This document shows positions 55,052 through 64,000 of a stretch of DNA of 64,000 nt, one piece after another; the stretch's first letter is position 1; the number at the start of each line of letters is the position of its first letter. Where the stretch lies: NCBI GenBank assembly GCA_951406725.2, contig OX597820.1, positions 53,878,001-53,942,000 on the forward strand. The letters are read 5' to 3'. The notes under the pieces were generated by a model. That model had not been told where the DNA came from and ran no database searches. It worked only from the letters and a program-made list of their open reading frames with translations. The DNA comes from Octopus vulgaris. Lineage: Eukaryota. The translations under genes were made by a program, and so were the position numbers.

Positions 55052-55285
55052 GTCATTCTGCTGATATGATAGAATCGAATTAATTGACGTGCCTCTCGTT
55101 TAAAATCCAGATCAAAATGGATGCTAGTGCCAAGCCGTCATTTTTTCTGTGGCGTTATTGATCGAAACGTCATTCTGCTGATATGATAGAATCGAATTAA
55201 TTGACGTGCCTCTCGTTTAAAATCCAGATCAAAATGGATGCTAGTGCCAAGCCGTCATTTTTTCTGTGGCGTTATTGATCGAAAC
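55052..55285. repeat. Perfect 117-bp tandem duplication
   Basis: 55052-55168 equals 55169-55285; ATAAT lies on both flanks. Confidence 0.95.
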
Positions 55286-55821
55286 ATAATTTGCAGTTAG
55301 TTTTTGTAAACGGAAAATATAAGAAAAGAAATCTTATTGTGACTGCAATTTGAACATGGATCCACAACATTTGGTCTTCCTGCTTAACTAAAATCTAGTT
55401 GTTATATAACAACTAACAGCGGTTCTGCATTAATGAAGTTATTTGAAAAAAACGAATGTCATCATGTTATTGATTCTGGATGAAAAAAAAGAAAAGAACG
55501 AAATTGAATCAGAGAGAAAGTATGTGACAAACAGAGAAGAGAGGGTAAGACAAGTAATAAAACGAAAAACAAAAAAAATAGCAAGAAATAGAAGACAGAA
55601 AGAGGTACAGAAGCAGATAGCGATAGAGAAAGCTAGAAAGAAGCGAGAGGGAGAATGATTAGAAATACAAAGCTTTAAATAGAGGGTAGTAGTTTGGTGG
55701 GAGTGGAAAATTAGGCAATAACTATGTACAAAAAAAAAAAAGGAATGGTTAAAGATGGACATACAAGACTTTCTCAAATATATCATATATCATATATACA
55801 CATATATACACATATATATAC

Positions 55822-55934
<113 letters not shown>

Positions 55935-56014
55935 TATATATATGTATATATATATGTATGTATGTATGTATGTGTGTGTATATATATATATTTATATCAT
56001 ATATACACACATAC

Positions 56015-56049
<35 letters not shown>

Positions 56050-56135
56050 CATATATATATACATACACACGCGCACACATATATATATAGAGAAAAACAG
56101 AGAGAGAGTGGGGATAAGGAGACGGACAGACAGAC

Positions 56136-56210
<75 letters not shown>

Positions 56211-57004
56211 ATTAAGGTACTTAACTTCTAAATTGTGCGAATTACACATATATCTTAAACATTTTATATAATAATGATTTGTTACTCAGCGATTTTTTTT
56301 ATGTATGTCATTTTCAGTGTACAAATAATTATTGAAATTATGGTGTGAAAGAATATGATAAGAAACCTCGATATTCTATAGAATATTCAATTTTTGAGGG
56401 GGAAAATATAATAAGGAAAATCAATATTTTATAAAATACATAGTTTTACTTTCTAAGAAGAAAGGATTTAGTGAAGTAATGTGGGAAGTTGGACGTAGGA
56501 GTTATGAATATAATATATAGATTAAAATAAAATGAAATTAAGAATGAAATTTGAAGTATTTAAACATAATAGTGGATGATAAAGTAGTTGCATTTAGATT
56601 ACTTTTAACAATTTTCTGCAAGAATGTCAGATAATTTATCTCCCTGGTTTTGTAGTCATACATAGAATGACTACAAGAAAAGCTGTATGAAAGCTATATA
56701 GAAATTGTGTTATAGGAGAAAAGGAGTTGGCGGGGAGGAGGTAGACCAAGAATTTAGTAAGAAGATTAATGAGCTATTAAGACAACAACATTTCTTAAAA
56801 ATTGGTATCTGCTTTGGTACCAGGCCTAATATTGGGAATAAGTACATTAGTGAAATTTAGATTGATTTCTTTAATCTTTTTTACTTTTATTTTTTTAGAA
56901 AGAAATCAATCTTTCGTACTTTCTTTAGAAAAAATAATATAAGTTTTAAATTATAATTACATTATGTGATATTGGGTTCCTGATTTAATTTTCCTTTCTA
57001 CCAA

Positions 57005-57185
57005 TAGACACAAGGCCTGAGAATTTAGGGAAACTGGCATCCGATTATGTCGACCCCAGTGCTCAGCAGGTACTTTTTTCATCGACCTCTAATGGATATG
57101 TCAACCTTGACAGTATATGAACCTAGAAGAAATACCGCTAAGCATTATTCTTCGACTTGCTAACAAATCTCCCACCTTCGTCGTC
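57005..57185 (-). mobile_element. SINE family B, highly diverged
   Basis: TCGACCCCAGTGCTCAGCAGGTACTT..AAATACCGCTAAGCA. Confidence 0.65.
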
Positions 57186-60019
57186 TTGAATGTCTGATTA
57201 AATTTTAGAAATACATATATTACCCATGAATAAATGTTTTCATAACTTGAATAAGATGGTATTAACACTTAGCGATTATGATTGAAAAAATGCAAACCTA
57301 TAATGATGAACATTACTCTTTTTTATAAACTTGCACTGAGTTCTCTTTCAAATCCAGGGTAACTTGTTCTACACAAAATACTTTCGCGCGCACACACACA
57401 TGCACGTATAGATAGACAGATAGATGTTTATACTCTTAAATACAGCAAGCGAGACGTCTTTAATAAAATCACTGTCTTTTAATTGCGGGAACAATTTCAA
57501 TTAATAAAAAATTGTTATTTTTTATCACATTATATTCCATATGTGAGAAACTCTCGTATTTGCTTATATTATACAGACTGCATCACTTTGGTACTTTCCA
57601 TTTCACAAATTGCTAAAATTACCACATTGAAGATTTGGAGGCGGTAATTCAGTAATGGGTGTAGTAATGGACTTTAAGCCAATAAGTGAAGAAAGGGACA
57701 TAATTCAGCAAAGTATTTTCTACTCGGAAATATTAAGAGTGATTCAGACACAGTTATATATATATATAGGAAAATCATCAGCAACAACAATAACAATAAC
57801 AATAGCAACAATAGTAGCGGCAACAACAACAGCAACAGTGATAGCAGTAGCAGCAACAGCGACAGAAACCACCACCTCCACGACCATTAACAACAATAAT
57901 GATGAGGACAAATTGGCACAGGCGACTCTATTAGTAGGTAATCTTGTATCCTAGAAGGCAGCAATGTAAACAAAATAATTCTCGCTCTTCTTAAACGACA
58001 AAGAAGCACACCCAGTGCAGACGTCACAACTTGTGAAAAGTGAGTAGAAGAGCCCTATTTTCAACCTCAGAGAGATTTATCACTGTGTGTCATGAAAGTA
58101 GCAACACACACACACTCAGGCTGGAAGAACTTGTAAAGCAATATGAGCAGATTTATAGCATGTCACCAGGGCAAGGTAGTTCGGCAGCATGGAAGTCCCC
58201 TCCAAATGCGAAGCCCTCGCACTAAAGCATTCTATAGTTCCCGTACGCGAAAGGGAACACTTCCTTTACCCAACATGTTTAGGTAGAAGGATTCATTGCG
58301 TGAAGATTGAGCAAATTCCACCAGCGCTGGATATCTGTTGGCTGCTGGCATGTGTTGTCTTAAAAAGCAGCGACACTCTTTTTCGTGTAAAATAAGGTGG
58401 GCGTTTTGGTTTGGAACAACAATGTATATTCACCTCTAGATCAAACTGGGTCATGTAGAAAATGTTTGAGACCTTATCCATCTTATCTACCCAGTAGAAT
58501 GGAGCTGCACGTTGCAGTTGAGGGCAGAGGGTCATCAAGATGAGCTTTGGGTGGTGCTGAGAACTATTTAATCGCTTTCTATTTTAAAATGAAAAGCAAA
58601 AGGCAGAAGGCTTCCACTTCTGCCAAAACCAAAGCCTCCACAACAACAGCATATATCAGTAACAATACTAGTCGCGGCAATGAAGAGAATAAGAATAACA
58701 ACTGTAGCAACACCACTTACAACAACAACGGTAGCAACAGTTGCAGTAGCATTACAAAGCATTGCAGCACCAGCGATATCAACACCAGCAGCGACAAGAC
58801 CAGTAACAGCAACAGAGACACTAACAACAGCAGAACCAAAATCCAAGACCCAAGGAATATTCCGATCTAGTTCCCTCTGTCCGACTTTCAGGCACAATCA
58901 CGTAGATGATCACACGCGAAAAATCATCTCCACATGAAACTGAATTGTTTTTTTTTTCCTAAGCGGAAACCTCATCTTGCGAGAAGGTAGAGTAACTAGG
59001 AAATTAGCAAAGAATTTTTTTTTTTTACCCTATACTTTCTCTAAACGACCCATATAATCCCGACAGCATCGCTAAAATCACACCCACACAAAACACAGAC
59101 AAATCTAAAAGAACACCTCCACCTGCATCACCATTAGCAATATGTACCTCGACAGAGATAAACACATAGAAACGCGCGCGCCCACACACGCACACAAACA
59201 CACACTCACACGCGCGCGCGCACACCGGAGCAGCACCGAGTGACAAGCACACAAAGATAGCAACACTAATAAAACATATCTACCTGTTGTTTTGTGCAGA
59301 AAAGGAGCTCTAAAGAAACACTGATATCCTTCATCGCACAAAGGTAATGATTGAAACAGAGGAAGAGGTCCAGTACTATCAAAGTGCAAAAAAAAATGTA
59401 ACTAATTGACTGAACTTGGAGATATACAAAATATATATGGAGAATTTTCCCAATAATGTGGGAAACCTTAAAGGACTTCCTAAAGGAACCACAAAATTCC
59501 ATAAACGCGAGTCAGCTTGTATCTCACACCACCAAATGTAACCCGTTTCTTTTTCTCCTCTTTCCACCAATATCGTATCTCTGTGAATGGGATGTATAAA
59601 TGCATATGACTGGGGATCACACTGGAAACAGACTTTCCTGTTTACCGACCTCATGTCATAAAGTTTTGATGTAATAGCCATCAATGAGACCAGAATTTAC
59701 AATAAACACACCTTAGCACCCTAACATCTTAACGATTTTGCTATCTTCGCGTCTCCTAAATCGGTCCGCAATTGGGAGTTAGGCGGTGGTGCTTTTTCGG
59801 GAAGGCCGAAATGTAAATCCCCACACTGTGTTTTGTCTTTGTATTAGCTTAAATAGCCTTAGTTTTGTTTTGCTTTTTATATGCCCTTGTGACCAAGTTC
59901 AAATTCTGTCGAGGACGACTTCGCCTTTCATCATACCAGATGAGGGCTGACGTTAATGTAATCAATTTGCATCCTCTCCGAAATAGCTGGCCTAGTGCCA
60001 AAATTTGAAACCATTATTA

Positions 60020-61110
60020 TTTACTTTTAATCTGCATGTTTTTTACAAACACTTGCCGAAACACACTCAGCATTCAAAGGTGAGTGAAGGATAAGAGTAT
60101 GACTGAAAGCTTGGGGAGGGGAAGTGGTAGGGGAAGTGGCAATGATGAAATATTTTTCATGTAATACGACACAGACATTTAAATTGACAAGATTTTTCTC
60201 AGGATGTGGGCAGTACTTGTTAGCACAGTCTTTTGGGTTTCTGTAAGACATGGTTCTCCTAGAATATTATCTAAATGTTTTTGGCACCCCTTTCTTATCA
60301 TACCTAGAACACCCACAATAAGAGAACAGTCCTTGCTTTAAGATGCCATATCTTTTGTATTTCAATTTCCAGGTCCTTATATTTACTTAATTTGTCAAAT
60401 TCCTTTACAGATATATTTTTATCAGTGGGAACACTTACATCTATTAGTCTACAAATATTTTCTTCCCTCTCTTTAGTGACTATGTCTGGTCGATTATCCT
60501 CGATCGTTCTGTCGGTCTTGACTGGAAAATCCCAGAGGATAGTGACATTTATACCTTCAACGACTGGCTCAGGATGATGGTCATACCAGTAAGCAGGAGT
60601 GGTGATTTTGTAGTGGTTACATATTTTCCAATGTAAATACTGTCCTGCCCTATCATAGCGATTTTTGTATTCGTTTGGTGTCAGCACAGGACATCCCGAA
60701 AAGAGATGGTCTATTGTTTCGTCAAATATATCGCAGAATCTGCATTTTGGGTCAGAACTGTTTTGAAGAACGTTAGCTGGTAGTTTTTGGTAAGTAAGCT
60801 TTGGCCTTGTGCCGCTGATATGAAACCTTCTGTCTCTACTTTCAGCCCTGAGCTTCTCAGCCACTGATGGGTTGTTGCTTGGTCTACATCAGCATTTCGG
60901 CTTCAAAGTATATACTGTCCATGCAGTATATACTCTCCAATATAATCTCACCGCTACTCAATTTGTTTCTGCCTGTTCGGTTTTGCCGTCTGTTTGATCC
61001 GTTTTGCTTGTTTGGTGGCAGTGGTTTCAGGTTATTCATTTAATTCAGAGTTAATACCGAGTTCCATTGCGAATTTTCAAGCTTCTTTGACAATAGAATG
61101 CGATTTTTTA
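60020..61110 (-). mobile_element. R4/Dong-like 3' portion (CCHC knuckle and RLE)
   Basis: CRFCDIFDETIDHLFSGCPVL..EYKNRYD..LHW, ILWDFPVKTDRTIEDNRPDIV, LIDVSVP..KLSKYKDLEIEI. TAA-type repeats at both ends. Confidence 0.9.
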
Positions 61111-61141
61111 CTTATGATTGTTATTATTATTATCAAAATCC

Positions 61142-61208
<67 letters not shown>

Positions 61209-61231
61209 CATCATTATTATTATTATTATTT

Positions 61232-61400
61232 AAGACAGTGAGCTGGACGAAATGCTTAGCGGTATTCCGCCGAGATCGTCTTTGCTTTCGTCCTTTCGTG
61301 GTCGATGAAACAAGCATCAGTTAGGCACTGAGGTCGATGTCATCGACTATCCCCCTCCCCGCAAATGTCAGGTTTTGTACCTTTAGTAGAAAGGATTATT
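61232..61400 (+). mobile_element. SINE family B, deleted monomer with the alternative tail
   Basis: GAAATGCTTAGCGGTATT..TTTAGTAGAAAGGATTATT. Confidence 0.75.
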
Positions 61401-62026
61401 ACTTTTATTATCACCATTATTATCATCATCATCATTTTCATCATCATTATTATCAAATTCATATGGCCATTATACACAACAGCACAGAATACTTGCTTTC
61501 CAATATCCGTTTAGTTGTTGTTCATCTTTTATTCAATGATACTGCGATGACTTTGTTGATTGTGTAATATATCATTCGATAACACTTGTAACTTGGAGTT
61601 CAAATATATTTTGTATGATACTTTGTTAACAACAACAACAAAAAATACGTAGTTTCGTTCATTTTGAATGGAGTGAACACCTGGTTTAATGACTTGAATC
61701 GATAAAAAGAAGAAACGAAAGAAATGAAAAATATATATTCAGCAACGAGATTGTATTGTCGAGCACAGTTTGTTGTAGAAACACTCTTGTGAGATGTTAA
61801 ATCTTTTAAAAACAATCATCACCAGGAAACTGGAAGCTGGCTGGCGCCAATAAGTATTGAACGTGTTGCTATGGTTGACGCAAACCTTGCCTGGTGACGT
61901 GACGGCAAGATACAGTTGGTTAAACACGGCAAACATTCATTGTGGGGAAAAAAAGATTCTTTTCTAAAGATTTAAACATAGCTATCGACTGAGTCAGCAA
62001 AATACTAACAGACTAGTAGTAGCAGC

Positions 62027-62071
<45 letters not shown>

Positions 62072-62828
62072 GGTAGTAATAGTAGTAGTAAAAGTTATTT
62101 TGCGAATTTTCAATTTTGTTTCCTTAACTCAGATATGAAAACATATATCACTGAACATGTATGTCTGTCTGTATGTATGTATGTATGTATGTATGTATGT
62201 ATGTATGTATGTATGCATGTATGTATGTGTGTATGTATGCGTATATATGTATGTATGCATGTGTGTATATATGTATGTATGCATGCTTTAATATGTTTGT
62301 ATGCTTTAATATGCTATATATGTAAGTTTGTATGTATGTAAACGTGTATGTGTGTGTATTTGTATGTATGAATGCATTTGCGTGTGTGTTCGCTTCTCGG
62401 ATCTATCGACCATCTATCTACTTACCTATCTCTATGCCACTTTGCCGTTTTCACCTTTGTAACGGCTACGTCAGAGGAGGAAAACGCACCTTGCCTAAAT
62501 GTCACGGGACCTATTAACGGTCGAGTTTTTGTGATTAAATATCTTGCTTAGTTAAACTGATATTCTGCTGGTTTGGGTTCACCGACGTCCGTCTACTAAT
62601 ACTACTACTACTATTACGCATACACATACACTCGTAGACATACGCACGCAAACTTTTACGGTTTCTGTATCCTTGCGAATGTATATGTGTCTCTGTGTAG
62701 TGCATATAGGTATGTATGTATGTATGTATGTATGTATGTATGTATGTATGTATGTATGTATGTATGTATGTATGTATGTATGTACGTATATATGTGTGTA
62801 TGCATGTATTTATGTACGTATGTATGTA

Positions 62829-63091
62829 TAGTAGTGGCCAAAAATTTGGAACATCTTTCTTTTTTTGAAATATTAAAATTGCTACACCCATCACAATTCG
62901 ATTCAAATACGTACAACGTGGAGACACATCCACCAAATAACTGATTCACTGGTTCAATTAGAATATATTGAACAATTGGATCAGGTATTAGGCAAGTACA
63001 TATCTACGTTGCATATATTTGAATCGAACTGCACTTGGGCACAAAAAATTCCAATTTTTGAAAATATGTCCCAAGCTTTTGGCCAGGACTG
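62829..63091. mobile_element. Tc1-type MITE (263 bp) with TA duplication
   Basis: TA|TAGTAGTGGCCAAAAATTTGGAACAT ... ATGTCCCAAGCTTTTGGCCAGGACTG|TA, with an internal inverted repeat TTCGATTCAAATA/TATTTGAATCGAA. Confidence 0.8.
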
Positions 63092-63594
63092 TATGTATAC
63101 ACATACATACTTAGAGACAAATCTACATGCTGGTTTTACACGATGGCATTACTCCATGCACTCACTTGCGCACTCACTTGATCAATCAATCAGTCAATCA
63201 AACAATCACGAATGACCTCACTCCTTTAAAACATAAAATATTAAGATAAGGATGGAAAAGATGTACAGAAGGAGGAGAAAGGTAATGCGAATCAGAAAGA
63301 TGTAGAGAAATATTATTAAATACAGATCGACAGACAAAGAGAGAGAGAGAGAGAGAGGTACAATTAGTCTGATGTCTACTTTGATACTACGAACATTGGC
63401 TTATGGTTACCTTTAGCTGAGTCCAATCTGTTGCAGGTGCTCAGGCCAGTTCTCTTTTATGAGAATAACTCCCTCCCTGCCTCCCACTAAAGGCAGTTTT
63501 ATTTTTTGCGAGTCGACACATAATTATATGCCTAAGTATATATACATACCTGCATGCACACACGCATGCACACATATATGAGTGTATGTGCGAC

Positions 63595-63686
<92 letters not shown>

Positions 63687-63943
63687 CAGCAGCAGCAGCA
63701 GTAGCAGCTAGGTCATGAGCTTAACTAAATCTGAATTAGTCTAAGCGAGACATTTAATGATTGAGAGTGCACAGCGTATCAACAAGTACTCGGTGCAATG
63801 AGCCCTAGAATATACCACATCTAGAAAATATAAGAAGTATTTACTATAGGTTACCCAGGAAGATATCTACAAGATGATCTGATGATTATTTGCTTGTCAG
63901 CCGCAGTTAAAAGTTAAACTAAGGACAGTTATAGGTATGTGTA

Positions 63944-63984
<41 letters not shown>

Positions 63985-64000
63985 GACGGGCTTCTTTCAA

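Noticed and set aside
55052-55180. Hammerhead formed across the duplication junction (CTGATATGA..GAAACGTC)
   Set aside because: The core has extra bases and no stem I pairing can be formed.

Overview
AT-rich, microsatellite-saturated eukaryotic DNA with no host protein-coding exon, rRNA, intact tRNA or CRISPR array that I can support. The repeat families look like those of an octopus or other coleoid cephalopod; this is an inference from recognising the repeats. Most ORFs in the track are translations of simple repeats. The real content is mobile DNA. (1) A young Penelope-like element (PLE) with a C-terminal GIY-YIG domain, arranged as a 954-bp inverted repeat (5880-8074), with a variant hammerhead ribozyme in each arm. 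(2) A second PLE whose 3' end carries a tRNA-like Pol III head and a hammerhead. (3) Several isolated hammerhead-bearing fragments in (TA)n tracts. (4) A full-length but decayed IR/DR Tc1 (DD34E) with an orphan extra end, and three MITEs. (5) Four R4/Dong-like RLE retrotransposon relics ending at (TAA)n, one CR1/L2-like RT relic, and a Tx1/L1-like 3' end inserted in (GATA)n. (6) Three SINE families. Family B forms 184-bp head-less tandem multimers whose tail matches the 3' terminus of the Tx1/L1-like element in this same window, a candidate SINE-LINE partnership.
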